Assembly: GCA_964405845.1 (NCBI GenBank)
Contig: CAYOPL010000029.1
Coordinates: 31,056 to 95,055 of the forward strand
Source: an uncultured Dehalococcoidia bacterium
GTDB lineage: Bacteria; Chloroflexota; Dehalococcoidia; UBA6926
Direction: 5' to 3'
Length of the DNA: 64,000 nt
Numbering within the stretch: the first letter of the stretch is position 1; every line of letters begins with the position of its first letter. Positions 28,573 to 38,491 of the stretch are shown piece after piece. The notes beneath the pieces were generated by a model that worked only from the letters and a program-made list of their open reading frames with translations, had not been told where the DNA came from and did no database searches. The translations under genes were made by a program, and so were the position numbers.

Positions 28573-29328
28573 ATGACTTCGCAGCCGCGAGCCTCTGGGC
28601 AGACGGTCGTTGAGGCTGAGGCTCCGCATGCAAATGGCGCTGGGGAGCATCGAACCCCGCAAGAAATCGTTGAATCGTTTGTCGGCAACGTGCGCGGAGG
28701 CGAGAACTGGTTCCTGGCGCTCCTGAACGCCGTTGCCGAGTGGAGCGCGCCAAGTGAGGAGCTGAAGGGGCGCGCGTACACCTATGTTATTGCTGGAGAG
28801 GCCTTTGATTGGCTGCTGCTGGCGGAGAGGCTAATTGAGGCGGCGGGGGACGTGATACCGGAGCAGGAAGCGACGCGGCTGCTGTTTGAGGGCAGGGCGC
28901 CCGTTCACATCAACGCCGAACTCTTTCGTCGCAGCATCGGCCACGGCAAGCACGCCGCCCACCTGAACTTCCTGTACGGCGTGGTGGTAGAAGAGGCGCT
29001 GCAGCAGGCCAACATCGAAGAGGTTGCCAAGGCGCAGCAGAATCTCGCCGCGCGTGAGTACCTCATCGAAGATGAAGCGATGAGTCGCCTCTACGGCGCG
29101 GCCGCCGGCGATCTCCGTACGGAGTTCCGTCTCGCGACGGGTAGAAAAAAGAGAGCGCCCGTGCGCTCATCGTTGGACGAATACAAGACGTTCACGTACT
29201 GGCTGTTCAAGCGGCGCGTCGCGAAAAGTGACCCGGCGCGTTTGGCAAGCGACACGCGCAAGGGCCTTCTCGTCCTTGAGCGCATCAAGCCCGCCCTGTG
29301 GCAGTGGTCGCAGGGGGAGAACGAGTAA
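28573..29328 (+). CDS. Hypothetical protein
   Basis: 251-aa ORF with genome-typical composition, located between secA and the DUF255 gene. I recognise no motif. Confidence 0.45.
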   Translation: MTSQPRASGQTVVEAEAPHANGAGEHRTPQEIVESFVGNVRGGENWFLALLNAVAEWSAPSEELKGRAYTYVIAGEAFDWLLLAERLIEAAGDVIPEQEATRLLFEGRAPVHINAELFRRSIGHGKHAAHLNFLYGVVVEEALQQANIEEVAKAQQNLAAREYLIEDEAMSRLYGAAAGDLRTEFRLATGRKKRAPVRSSLDEYKTFTYWLFKRRVAKSDPARLASDTRKGLLVLERIKPALWQWSQGENE

Positions 29329-29404
29329 ACGAACGTCGCCGATCTGGGCGGCAACGGTGGTAACGGGCGCACTGTGCGCTCACTGGGGAACGGGGAGACG
29401 CAGC

Positions 29405-31501
29405 GTGCCGAATCGCCTGATTAACGAGACAAGCCCGTATCTGCAGCAGCACGCGCACAACCCCGTGGACTGGTATCCGTGGGGGCAGGAGGCGCTGGCG
29501 GCGGCGCAGGAACGCGACGCGCCCATCTTCCTCAGCATCGGGTACTCGTCCTGCCACTGGTGCCACGTGATGGAGCGGGAGTCGTTTGAGAACCAGGACA
29601 CGGCCAAGCTCCTCAACGACAATTTCGTCTCAATCAAGGTGGACAGGGAGGAGCGGCCGGATATCGACTCCGTGTACATGGACGCCGTGCAGGCGCTGTC
29701 CGGTCACGGCGGCTGGCCGTTGAGCGTGTTCCTCACGCCGGATGGGTCGCCGTTCTTTGGAGGAACGTACTACCCGCCTGAGGACCGCCCGGGGATGCCG
29801 GGCTTCCCACGCGTCCTGACCACCGTGCTTGAGGCGTACACGGCGCGCAAGTCGGAGATCAAGGAGGCGGGTCAGAACATTGTCGACCATCTCCGCCGCG
29901 CCACAGTGGCATCAAGCGGGCAGGACTCGCTGTTGTCAAAGGACCTGTTTGCGGAGGCGTTTTCGCGGCTGAGCAGTTCGTTTGACGCGGCGAACGGCGG
30001 GTTCATGGCCCCGCCCAAGTTCCCGCAACCCATGCTGCTTGAGTTCCTGATGCGCTACATCTCCGCCAACGATGATGACTCAAACGCTCGCGCCATCCTC
30101 GAAACTACATTGGAGCACATGGCCGGAGGCGGGCTGTATGACCAACTTGGCGGCGGGTTCCATCGCTACAGCACCGATGCCCAATGGCTCGTGCCGCACT
30201 TCGAGAAGATGCTGTACGACAATGCGCTGCTGGTTGGCGTCTATCTCCACGCGTGGCAACTCACCAAGCGACAGGATTTTCAACGCGTGGTTGAGGAAAG
30301 CGTCGACTTTCTGCTGAGGGAGATGCTGTCGCCGGAGGGCGGGTTCTACTCCACGCTGGACGCGGACAGCGAGGGCGAGGAGGGCAAGTTCTACGTGTGG
30401 ACGCCCGCTGAGATCAGCGCGGCGCTGGATGATGAGCCCGCCACGGCCCTGTTCTGCGATGCCTACGGGGTCACGGAATCCGGCAACTTTGAGGACAGCG
30501 GCTCGTCTGTCCTCAACCGCGCCGCGACCGATGATGAACTGGCGACAAGCCACAGCATGTCGAATGAGGACGTTAGCCAATCGCTGGCCCGCTCGCGGCA
30601 GACCCTGCTTGAGGTCCGAGAGAGCAGGGTGAGGCCGTTCCGCGACGAGAAGATCCTGACGGGGTGGAACGGGCTACTGCTGCGAGCGATTGCCGAGACG
30701 GCAGGGGCGCTTGGCAGGGAGGACTACCGCGCAGCCGCGGAGAAACAGGGAGCGTTCCTGGTTGAGACGATGCGGACACCTGAGGGCCGCCTGCTCCGCA
30801 CGTACAAGGACGGCGAGGCCCGCATCCCAGCCTACCTGGAAGATCACGCCAACCTCGCCAACGGCCTGCTGTCGCTCTTTGAACTCACCTTTGATCGGCG
30901 CTGGCTGGACGAGGCTGTGTCATTGGCGGACAGCGTCATTGAACTCTTCTGGCATGACGCGGACTCAATCTTCTATGACATCGGCAGCGACGCCGAGGCG
31001 CTTGTCGTCCGTCCGCGGACCGTGCTGGACAACGCAACACCGTCCGGCGGCGCGGCGGCCACGGAACTCCTGCTGCGCCTCCATGCCCTCACCGGGAACG
31101 GCAACTACCACGCCATTGCGGAACGGGCGCTCCGCAGCGTCCACATGTATATGTCGCGCTACCCTACGGCGGTTGGCCACTGGCTTGCCGCGCTGGATTT
31201 CGCCATCGGCTCCACCAAGGAGATCGCGCTGATCGGCGACAGGACGGCGGACGACATGGGCGAGCTGCTGGACGCTCTGAATACGCGGTTCATGCCCAAC
31301 AAGATCGTGGTGGCTGCCACGCCGGATGAGACATTCGAGTGGGGCGATCTGCCCGTGCTTGAAGGCCGCTCGATGATCAACGACAAGGCGACGGCCTACG
31401 TCTGCGAGAACTACATCTGCATGCTGCCCGTTACGACCGTGGAGGCGTTCCTTGAGCAGCTTGACGCGCCGCCGCCGACAGTCCAGTTTCTTGCGCCGTA
31501 G
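29405..31501 (+). CDS. Thioredoxin-domain (DUF255/YyaL-type) protein with (alpha/alpha)6 N-acylglucosamine-epimerase-like C-domain
   Basis: ORF 29228..31501. Preferred GTG 29405 with GGGGAGA upstream. Motifs: [59 protein letters not shown]. Confidence 0.85.
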   Translation: MPNRLINETSPYLQQHAHNPVDWYPWGQEALAAAQERDAPIFLSIGYSSCHWCHVMERESFENQDTAKLLNDNFVSIKVDREERPDIDSVYMDAVQALSGHGGWPLSVFLTPDGSPFFGGTYYPPEDRPGMPGFPRVLTTVLEAYTARKSEIKEAGQNIVDHLRRATVASSGQDSLLSKDLFAEAFSRLSSSFDAANGGFMAPPKFPQPMLLEFLMRYISANDDDSNARAILETTLEHMAGGGLYDQLGGGFHRYSTDAQWLVPHFEKMLYDNALLVGVYLHAWQLTKRQDFQRVVEESVDFLLREMLSPEGGFYSTLDADSEGEEGKFYVWTPAEISAALDDEPATALFCDAYGVTESGNFEDSGSSVLNRAATDDELATSHSMSNEDVSQSLARSRQTLLEVRESRVRPFRDEKILTGWNGLLLRAIAETAGALGREDYRAAAEKQGAFLVETMRTPEGRLLRTYKDGEARIPAYLEDHANLANGLLSLFELTFDRRWLDEAVSLADSVIELFWHDADSIFYDIGSDAEALVVRPRTVLDNATPSGGAAATELLLRLHALTGNGNYHAIAERALRSVHMYMSRYPTAVGHWLAALDFAIGSTKEIALIGDRTADDMGELLDALNTRFMPNKIVVAATPDETFEWGDLPVLEGRSMINDKATAYVCENYICMLPVTTVEAFLEQLDAPPPTVQFLAP

Positions 31502-31513
31502 GGCAGTGACGCT

Positions 31514-32005
31514 GTGGAACGACTCTGGACTCCATGGAGGGCGGAATTCGTGACCGGCCAGACTGGGGAACGGGGCGAGTCCGCGTGCTTTCTCTGTGAG
31601 AATCCGACTCTCGACAAGGACGGTGAGGTCTACATCCTCCACCGCGCGGAGCGCTCATTCGTCATCCTGAATCTCTACCCGTACAACTCAGGTCATCTAA
31701 TGATTGCGCCATATGAGCACATCGGCGCGTTGGAGGAGCTGCCGCCGGAAACCGGCGCGGAGATGTGGGCGCTGGCTCAGCGAAGCGTGGGCATCACCAA
31801 GGAGGAGTACGAACCGGACGGATTCAACGTCGGAATGAACATCGGGCGTTTGGCGGGCGCGGGCGTGCCGGGGCACCTGCACCTGCACGTGGTTCCGCGG
31901 TGGGGCGGCGACACCAATTTCATGGCCGTCGTCGGCGATACGAAGCTGGTGCCGGAGAGCCTTGACCAGACCTACGCGCGGCTAAAGCCGCTGTTTTCTG
32001 TCTAG
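31514..32005 (+). CDS. HIT family protein
   Basis: 163 aa. Motifs: LNLYPYNSGHLMI and histidine triad GVPGHLHLHVVPRW. Confidence 0.85.
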   Translation: MERLWTPWRAEFVTGQTGERGESACFLCENPTLDKDGEVYILHRAERSFVILNLYPYNSGHLMIAPYEHIGALEELPPETGAEMWALAQRSVGITKEEYEPDGFNVGMNIGRLAGAGVPGHLHLHVVPRWGGDTNFMAVVGDTKLVPESLDQTYARLKPLFSV

Positions 32006-32256
32006 CGGTGTTCGGGGACGGGAGGCTCCGGGATGGTGCCGCCCAGGATCCGCTCCATCGCCATCACGTGACTGCAGGAACTCCAGCCCTCGAAGAAGTC
32101 GCAGTCGCACGTAAACACGCCGTCCTTAAGCTCGACGATGTGCTCGCTGTTGTCGCCGGAGATGCGGGCGCGAAACGACTCGAACCTGATACGGTCGTCC
32201 CGCTCCTCGGCGTACTTCCGCGCCTTCTCGATCTTGCTGATCAGGCTGGAATTCAT
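32002..32256 (-). CDS. Small SWIM zinc-finger protein
   Basis: 84 aa. FTCDCDFFEGWSSCSHVMA fits CxC-x(n)-CxH. The 3' end overlaps the HIT gene by 4 nt (convergent). Confidence 0.6.
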   Translation of the reverse strand: MNSSLISKIEKARKYAEERDDRIRFESFRARISGDNSEHIVELKDGVFTCDCDFFEGWSSCSHVMAMERILGGTIPEPPVPEHR

Positions 32257-32456
32257 CTGCTGACACCCCCTTGTTCCCGGTCAATTCAGGTGTTGAATTG
32301 CCAATCCCATTATGTCGATGGGTGAAAGACCGGATTAACCCGTCCCGCGCTGCCATCGGATTGGCTCATGCTACGTTCTGGGCTGATTGGGGTCAAGGGT
32401 AGAAGCATGATTTTCTGGCGTCGCTCTCGCCTTGATTGGGACCCGCCGATGGTACG

Positions 32457-33197
32457 ATGAGAACTGCTATGGCGCGTATTCGGGCGGTCTCTCTGGATTT
32501 CTACAACACCATCGTCAGGTTTGAGCCGAGACGCGAGCAGATTCAGGCCGCCGCCTGCGCCGAATTCGGTATCACGGTTGACACGAACGCCGTCCTCCGC
32601 GCTTATCCCGCCGCCGATCAATTCCTCTCGGAGGAAAACGGAAAACTGCCCCTCAGCCGGCGCACACCCGAGGATGTGCGGGAGCTGTGGGGGCGGTACG
32701 AGATGCTGCTGCTCGCCGGCGCGGGAGTGACCGTGGAGCTCGAATTGGCGAGCCGCATCTTCGAGCGTGTGTGGGAGACTCGGCAGGGTTTCGCAATGTT
32801 CCCGGATGTCGTGCCGTCGCTACAGGCGCTCCGGGATAAGGGCTACTCCATCGGCGTTGTCACGAACTACGAGGGTGGCCTGGCGCAAACGCTGCTCGAT
32901 CTCGGCATCGCCGAATTCATGTCCTTTGCGGTCACGTCGGAGGAGATCGGCGTCGCCAAACCCAACCCCGAGATATTCGAGGAGGCCTTGAAGCGGGCAG
33001 GGGCGGGCGCCGATGAGGTTGTCCACGTCGGCGATCAGCCGCTCGCGGACGTGGAGGGACCGGCGAATGTTGGGATTCTTCCAGTTCTCCTTGATAGGGA
33101 CGGTATCTTCCAGGACTACAAGAACGCGCAGGTGATTGCCTCTCTGGAGGAGCTGCCGGACCTCCTTGACCGTCTCAACGCTGAATGGACTTCCTGA
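32457..33197 (+). CDS. HAD-superfamily hydrolase
   Basis: ORF 32436..33197, with start at ATG 32457 or 32469. Motifs: SLDFYNTIV (DxD-type motif I), VVTNYEG (motif II), HVGDQPLADV (motif IV). Confidence 0.8.
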   Translation: MRTAMARIRAVSLDFYNTIVRFEPRREQIQAAACAEFGITVDTNAVLRAYPAADQFLSEENGKLPLSRRTPEDVRELWGRYEMLLLAGAGVTVELELASRIFERVWETRQGFAMFPDVVPSLQALRDKGYSIGVVTNYEGGLAQTLLDLGIAEFMSFAVTSEEIGVAKPNPEIFEEALKRAGAGADEVVHVGDQPLADVEGPANVGILPVLLDRDGIFQDYKNAQVIASLEELPDLLDRLNAEWTS

Positions 33198-34096
33198 ATA
33201 TATTCATCAGCGTCGTCTTCCCCGTCTTCCTGATGGCGGCGGTTGGGGCGCTCGTTCACAGGTTCAGGCCCATCTCGCCGGAGCCGTTGAGCCAGGCGAT
33301 CCTATTCATCTTCAGCCCTGCGCTCGTATTCAACGGCCTTGCCACCACGCAGGTCGCTCTTGAGGACCTTGCTCGCATCGCCGCATTCAGCCTTCTGCTC
33401 CTCTCGTCCCTGTACGTCATTGCCTACATTGCTGCTCGCGCGATGCGGGTGCCGAAGGATGCCCAGACGACGTTTGTGATTGCCGCGTTGTTCATGAACG
33501 CGGGCAATTACGGTCTGCCCGTGGCGTTCTTCGCGTTCGGTGACGAAGGTTTGGCTATCGCAGTGGTCTTCTTCGTGACGCAGGCGATTCTCGCGTGGAC
33601 TGTGGGCGCGTTCATCGCATCCCGCGCTCAATCGAACTTGATGGGCTCTCTGGTGTCCGTGGCCAAGCTGCCCACAAGCTATGCGGCCGTTCTTGGACTT
33701 GCAGTCAGCATGTTGGCCATCGAACTGCCGGACTTTATCCAGCAGCCCGCGCAGATCATGGGCGACGCGGCGATTCCGGCTATGCTCATCGTCCTGGGGA
33801 TCCAGCTTGCCTCTACGCGTGAAATGGCGGGAGCGCGAGCGATTGCGGGCGTCGTTGGAATCAGGCTGGTTCTGTCGTCTCTCGTTGCGTACGGACTGGT
33901 TCTGCTGCTGCAATTCGACGATTTGACCTCGAAGGTGCTCATCGTGGTGGCCGGAATGCCGACCGCCGTGTTGACCATCATCCTGGCGACGCAGTACAAG
34001 GGCAGGCCGGAGCTTGCGAGCGGAATCGTGGTAGCCGGAACGCTTGCGAGCCTCGTCTCCGTTACGGTTGTGCTGTCGCTGGTGGGAGCGTCCTGA
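33185..34096 (+). CDS. AEC (auxin efflux carrier) family transporter
   Basis: 303 aa with about 10 hydrophobic helices. N-terminus MDFLNIFISVVFPVFLM and NAGNYGLPV are typical of AEC/PIN-like permeases. Confidence 0.8.
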   Translation: MDFLNIFISVVFPVFLMAAVGALVHRFRPISPEPLSQAILFIFSPALVFNGLATTQVALEDLARIAAFSLLLLSSLYVIAYIAARAMRVPKDAQTTFVIAALFMNAGNYGLPVAFFAFGDEGLAIAVVFFVTQAILAWTVGAFIASRAQSNLMGSLVSVAKLPTSYAAVLGLAVSMLAIELPDFIQQPAQIMGDAAIPAMLIVLGIQLASTREMAGARAIAGVVGIRLVLSSLVAYGLVLLLQFDDLTSKVLIVVAGMPTAVLTIILATQYKGRPELASGIVVAGTLASLVSVTVVLSLVGAS

Positions 34097-34112
34097 CGAC
34101 CAGAACCAGACG

Positions 34113-34940
34113 CTAGGCAGAGGGGCGGGCGGCCTCGATCTGAGCCCGGAGATTCTCTGCGGCAGCGCGGGCGGCATCCGCGAAGTCAGGGCCGGTGGAG
34201 GCATAAAGAATGCCTCGCGACGAATTGACCAGGATACCGCCGCCGTCCGCGTCAAGGGTCGCTGACAGGGCCGCCTCAAGCTCGCCGCCCTGCGTACCGA
34301 CACCGGGAACGAGGAAGGGCATGTCGGGACAAATTTCACGGATTCTTTGCGCTTCGGACGGGTACGTCGCGCCCGTCACGAGGCCGATGTTGCCATTTTC
34401 GTCCCACGACTTGCTCATGTGCGCGACGGCCTCATAAAGGGGCATCGGGACACCGTCGTAGGCAGCGTTGAGGCCCTGAATGTCTGCTCCGCCGGGGTTG
34501 GAGGTGCGGCACAGGATGAATACGCCCTTGTCCTCGTAGTCGAGGAACGGTTGGAGGCTGTCCCGACCAAGGAACGGATTGACCGTAATGGCGTCAAAGC
34601 CCATTGTCTCGAACAGCCCCTTTGCGTAGAAGCGGACGGAGTTGCCAATGTCGTTTCGCTTGGCGTCGCCGAGCACCGGGACGCGCCCGTTGACGTGGTC
34701 GATAATTCTCTCAAGCGCGGCGTAACCCGCCGAGCCGTGCGCCTCATAGAAGGCGAGATTCGGCTTGTAGGCGCAGACGAGATCGATTGTGGCGTCGATG
34801 ATTGCGATGCCGAATTCAGCAATATCGCGGCCGTTCAATTCGGCGGAGTCGGGATCCAACCCAACGCAGAGCAGGGAGTTATTGCGCTCGCTCGCGTCAC
34901 GCAGTCGCTGCCGGAATGATGTCTTGGTCGCTGTCGTCAT
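34113..34940 (-). CDS. pyrF: Orotidine 5'-phosphate decarboxylase (type 2)
   Basis: ORF 34113..34979. Preferred ATG 34940 with GGGGGA upstream. Motifs: LCVGLDPD, AYKPNLAFYE, LGDAKRNDIG, VPGVGTQGG. Confidence 0.88.
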   Translation of the reverse strand: MTTATKTSFRQRLRDASERNNSLLCVGLDPDSAELNGRDIAEFGIAIIDATIDLVCAYKPNLAFYEAHGSAGYAALERIIDHVNGRVPVLGDAKRNDIGNSVRFYAKGLFETMGFDAITVNPFLGRDSLQPFLDYEDKGVFILCRTSNPGGADIQGLNAAYDGVPMPLYEAVAHMSKSWDENGNIGLVTGATYPSEAQRIREICPDMPFLVPGVGTQGGELEAALSATLDADGGGILVNSSRGILYASTGPDFADAARAAAENLRAQIEAARPSA

Positions 34941-35013
34941 TGTTTCCCCCGCTCCCTTTGGTTCAGCCGTGTGTTCCATCGTACCGCACGGGTGGCCGCC
35001 ATATAATCTCTAC

Positions 35014-35610
35014 GTGACTATTTCAGTGCTGGGAATTGCGGGCGGGACGCGGCGGGGCGGCAACAGCGAGACGCTGTTGGAGCGGGCGCTTGCGGGGGCG
35101 CGGGACGCAGGCGCCAACACGGAACTTATCAACCTGCTCGACCTTTCCATCAACCCCTGCATCTGCCCGCAATCGGAAGATTGCATGCTCACCGGCGTCT
35201 GCACGGTGCTGGACGACATGCAGGCGCTGTACGCCAAGCTGCGGGCGGTGGACCTGATCTACATCGCTTTTCCCATTGCGTTCCGCGGCGTGCCCGCGCA
35301 AACGAAGGCGCTCTACGACCGCACGCAGCCGCTGTGGATCCGGAAGTATGTCATGGGGCAGCAGCTGCGGCGTGACAGCAACACGGGTAGGGCCCTCATC
35401 ATCGCCACAGCCGATCGCGACGACCCGACGGAGTTCGACGGCGCGGTGCAGGCTACACGCTCATGGCTGGTGAGTATGCATTTCCTTGAGGCGGCGCGCC
35501 TGCTCGTGCCCGGCGTCGTCCGCGCCGGGGATGTTCTGGAAAAGTCGGACGCTTTGGCGGAGGCCTATGAACTCGGCGCGGGGCTCGTTCGTGACAGCGA
35601 CCAGGCCTAG
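35014..35610 (+). CDS. Flavodoxin-like NAD(P)H-dependent FMN reductase / iron-sulfur flavoprotein family protein
   Basis: ORF 34789..35610, whose first 75 codons are a shadow of pyrF. Preferred start is GTG 35014. Motif: VLGIAGGTRRGGNSETLLERAL plus a Cys cluster CICPQSEDC..GVC. Confidence 0.65.
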   Translation: MTISVLGIAGGTRRGGNSETLLERALAGARDAGANTELINLLDLSINPCICPQSEDCMLTGVCTVLDDMQALYAKLRAVDLIYIAFPIAFRGVPAQTKALYDRTQPLWIRKYVMGQQLRRDSNTGRALIIATADRDDPTEFDGAVQATRSWLVSMHFLEAARLLVPGVVRAGDVLEKSDALAEAYELGAGLVRDSDQA

Positions 35611-36310
35611 GCGACGGCGAAAGAAGCCGCTCGGTCTGACTGAACTCTATAACAGTCTATTCGCCGCGTATGGCGAGCAGCATTGGTGGCCGGGCGAGAC
35701 ACCGTTCGAGGTGATGGTGGGGGCGATCTTGACGCAGAACACGGCGTGGACGAACGTGGAACGCGCCATCAACGCTCTGAAAGAGGCGGACGCCCTCAAC
35801 CCGGAGGCTCTGCGGACTCGCCCAATAGATGAGCTTGCCGCTCTGATCCGCCCGTCCGGATATTTCAACGCGAAGGCTCGCAAACTCCGCGCATTGGGGG
35901 AGTATCTTGCGGGCTATGACGATGACATTGAGCGGCTATTCGGCTCCAAGCCTCTTAGTGAACTACGCGAGGAACTGCTAGCCCTCCATGGTGTTGGGCC
36001 GGAGACGGCGGATTCAATGCTGCTCTACGCCGGGAACCTGCCGTCATTCGTCATCGACGCCTACACCATCCGCGTGTTGAGTCGGTTGGGCATTATCAGC
36101 ACCGGCAGCAAGCCGAAGTACGAGGACGTGCGCGCCCTCTTCCAGGAATCACTTCCGACGGACGTGCAGATTTTCAATGAATACCACGCTCTGTTCGTGG
36201 CGCATGGCAAGGACGTGTGCAAATCGCGGAAGCCGCTATGTTCGGAATGCGTGTTGGTGGAGAGTTGCCCGGCCGCAGAGGGATTTCTGCGCGAGGCGGC
36301 GGCGCCTTAG
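35591..36310 (+). CDS. Endonuclease III-related HhH-GPD DNA glycosylase with [4Fe-4S] loop
   Basis: ORF 35486..36310; the start is uncertain (GTG 35591 proposed). Motifs: GAILTQNTAW, LHGVGPETADSMLLY (HhH-GPD), C-x6-C-x2-C-x5-C (CKSRKPLCSECVLVESC). Confidence 0.8.
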   Translation: MTATRPRRRRKKPLGLTELYNSLFAAYGEQHWWPGETPFEVMVGAILTQNTAWTNVERAINALKEADALNPEALRTRPIDELAALIRPSGYFNAKARKLRALGEYLAGYDDDIERLFGSKPLSELREELLALHGVGPETADSMLLYAGNLPSFVIDAYTIRVLSRLGIISTGSKPKYEDVRALFQESLPTDVQIFNEYHALFVAHGKDVCKSRKPLCSECVLVESCPAAEGFLREAAAP

Positions 36311-37224
36311 TCCGTGCGGCGTTCGTCACCTATTGGGTAAACGTCCGTCAGGAACTGGTAGAAGTCGGAATCGAGCGGCACCACAAGAGTTGTGCCGTCA
36401 CCCAGGGATGCCTCATAGGCCTCCAGCGTTCTGACGAAATTGTAGAATTCGCGGTCGGTGTCGATGGCCTGGCCCTGGATGCCGATGGCCTCCGCCTCAC
36501 CCTCACCGCGAATGGTCCGGGCGCGCTCATTGGCTTCTGCGAGAATCTGGGCGCGTTCAAGGTCGGCCTCAGCTTCAATCTTGGCCTTCTCCTCGTCACC
36601 CTCTGCGCGGAAGCGGTTGGCGATACGTGTTCGCTCAGAGCGCATCCGGTCGTAGACGCTGTTGGCAACCTCAGGCGGGAAGTCTGCGCCGACGATGCGG
36701 ACGTCAACAACAGACATGCCAAACTCCTGTGCCTTTACATCACTGCGCTCCGTGACGTTGCGCATGAGAGACTCACGATTATCACGGATGACTTCAATCT
36801 GATCGTGGGTGGCGACCTCCTCGCGGATTTCGGAGGAGATGATGGCCTCCAATCTGCCGCGAGCGCCCAGTTCAGTGCGAACCACCTCGAAGAACTGTCG
36901 TGCGTTGATGATGCGGTAGCGCGCGTAGGAGTCGATGATGAGGGCCTTCTTCTCGGCGGTGAGGAATTCGGACGGCTCCGAGTCGAACCGCAGCAGACGC
37001 TTTTCGATTCGATGTACTGACTCAATGAAAGGCGTCTTGAACTTGAGGCCGGGCTCGGTAGCCTCACGTCGATACTCTCCGAGACGGGTAATAATGACCT
37101 GCTCAGTCTCGTCGACAACATAGACGCTCTGACTGAGAAGAATAAGGAAGGCGCCGCCCAGCAAGACCAGGGCAATGCTGACCAGCCGCTGTATGTCCGC
37201 AGGGAGCCCTCTGCGCTGCTGCAT
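36307..37224 (-). CDS. hflC: Protease modulator HflC (SPFH/band-7)
   Basis: 305 aa with an N-terminal TM helix. Motif: VYVVDETEQVIITRLGEY..PGLKFKTPFI. It lies immediately downstream of hflK. Confidence 0.85.
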   Translation of the reverse strand: MQQRRGLPADIQRLVSIALVLLGGAFLILLSQSVYVVDETEQVIITRLGEYRREATEPGLKFKTPFIESVHRIEKRLLRFDSEPSEFLTAEKKALIIDSYARYRIINARQFFEVVRTELGARGRLEAIISSEIREEVATHDQIEVIRDNRESLMRNVTERSDVKAQEFGMSVVDVRIVGADFPPEVANSVYDRMRSERTRIANRFRAEGDEEKAKIEAEADLERAQILAEANERARTIRGEGEAEAIGIQGQAIDTDREFYNFVRTLEAYEASLGDGTTLVVPLDSDFYQFLTDVYPIGDERRTD

Positions 37225-37226
37225 GA

Positions 37227-38363
37227 CTAGGCCCCCGTCCCTTCCTGGTTAGTCAGTGGCAGGAACGGCAGAACATTGCCGCCGATCTCATCATCAACGA
37301 CGATAACTTCGACCCTCGGCAGGATGCGCTCCATCATTTCGATATAGAGGCGGCGACGCGTTGCTTCGGGGTGGTTGCGGAACTCTCGCAGTCGCTCAAG
37401 GAACCGGCTGGCATTACCTGTTGCCTCACGCACGCGCTCCACCTTGAAAGCCTCGGCAGCCTGGACAATGCGGGCAGCCTCACCGCGCGCGCGGGGGACA
37501 ATATCTTCCCGATACGCCTCACCTTCGTTGATGAATCGGGCGCGATCCTCGCGCGCGCTGATGACGTCCTTGAATGACTCCTGCACTTCGTCGGGCGGCT
37601 GGACGTCCTGCAGTTGGACGTTGACGACCATGATGCCGGTGCCGTAGTCATCCAACAGCCGCTGCAGGAGCTGCTGCGTTTCAACCTGCACCACTTCCTT
37701 ACCGGTTGTCAGTACATCGTCAATGGGGCGCTGTCCCACGACTTGTCTCAGCGCGGACGCCGTAGCATCCCGCAAGGTGAATCCGTCAGGCCGTCCGCCC
37801 TCAGAGGGGTCCTTGACGTTGAAGAGGAACGCGCCCGCGTCGCGAATGCGATATTGAACAACCAACTGCACATCGACGAGATTCTCGTCACCGGTGATCA
37901 TGCGTGACTCGGAAGACCTTTCAACGAGGCCCTCACCGGAACCGATTTCCCCGACGCTTCGGAACCCAAGTTCCATGCTCTGGACGCGCTGAATGCTCAA
38001 TACGTCCTGGCGCTCCACAGGCCAGGGAATATGCCAGTGCAATCCCTCTGCCTGCTGATCACCGTTCCAGTTTCCGAATGTGCGGACGATGGCGACCTCG
38101 CCGGGGTTGACGATGTAGATGCCGGAGCCGAGCCACACAAGAACGATGACTCCAAGAATGATGCCGCCGATGCGGGCGATAGGCATGGGAGGGCGTTGGG
38201 CGCCTGAATCAGCCGGAGGCCTTTGGCCACCCTGGTTATCGCCTGATCCGCCGCCTCTCAGTCGGCCAAAAAGCTCACGCAATGGGCGTAAAAGCTCATC
38301 GAGCTCGCTGTCGCCCTCTCTGCGGGGCTGCCGCTGGTATCCCAAAACGCGTGGAAGCCGCAC
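37227..38363 (-). CDS. hflK: Protease modulator HflK (SPFH/band-7)
   Basis: 378 aa. Disordered N-terminus with ELDELLRPLRELFGRLRGGG, a TM helix, IYIVNPGEVAIVRTFG..GLHWHIPWP, and a C-terminal coiled coil. Confidence 0.85.
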   Translation of the reverse strand: MRLPRVLGYQRQPRREGDSELDELLRPLRELFGRLRGGGSGDNQGGQRPPADSGAQRPPMPIARIGGIILGVIVLVWLGSGIYIVNPGEVAIVRTFGNWNGDQQAEGLHWHIPWPVERQDVLSIQRVQSMELGFRSVGEIGSGEGLVERSSESRMITGDENLVDVQLVVQYRIRDAGAFLFNVKDPSEGGRPDGFTLRDATASALRQVVGQRPIDDVLTTGKEVVQVETQQLLQRLLDDYGTGIMVVNVQLQDVQPPDEVQESFKDVISAREDRARFINEGEAYREDIVPRARGEAARIVQAAEAFKVERVREATGNASRFLERLREFRNHPEATRRRLYIEMMERILPRVEVIVVDDEIGGNVLPFLPLTNQEGTGA

Positions 38364-38438
38364 TAGAGGTTGTGCCCCGCGCTTGCCGAGAAAAACAGAG
38401 TGAACACTTTCACACTCCCATTATAAGCAGATTGAGGG

Positions 38439-38465
38439 CGGGGTAGGGGAAATGCCCCTCCCCGC
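38439..38465 (-). terminator. GC-rich hairpin downstream of the EtfD-like gene (weak terminator candidate)
   Basis: GCGGGGTAGGGG / CCCCTCCCCGC stem with one bulge, 27 nt after the stop codon. There is no clear U-tract. A minus-strand TATAAT (complement of 38421-38426) follows and may serve hflK. Confidence 0.3.
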
Positions 38466-38491
38466 GAGTCTCCGTCCGGGATGAATTGCAG

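Noticed and set aside
26709-28781. Very long antisense or alternate-frame ORFs. Examples: 690 aa opposite secA, 474 aa at 14814..16238 opposite GH3, 378 aa at 57903..59039, 345 aa at 33302..34339, 322 aa at 61250..62218, 288 aa at 328..1194.
   Set aside because: Each overlaps a gene with unmistakable family motifs on the other strand or frame. Their translations are Arg/Ala/Pro/Gly-rich with no recognisable domains, as expected for stop-poor shadow frames in DNA above 60% GC. None has a convincing RBS.
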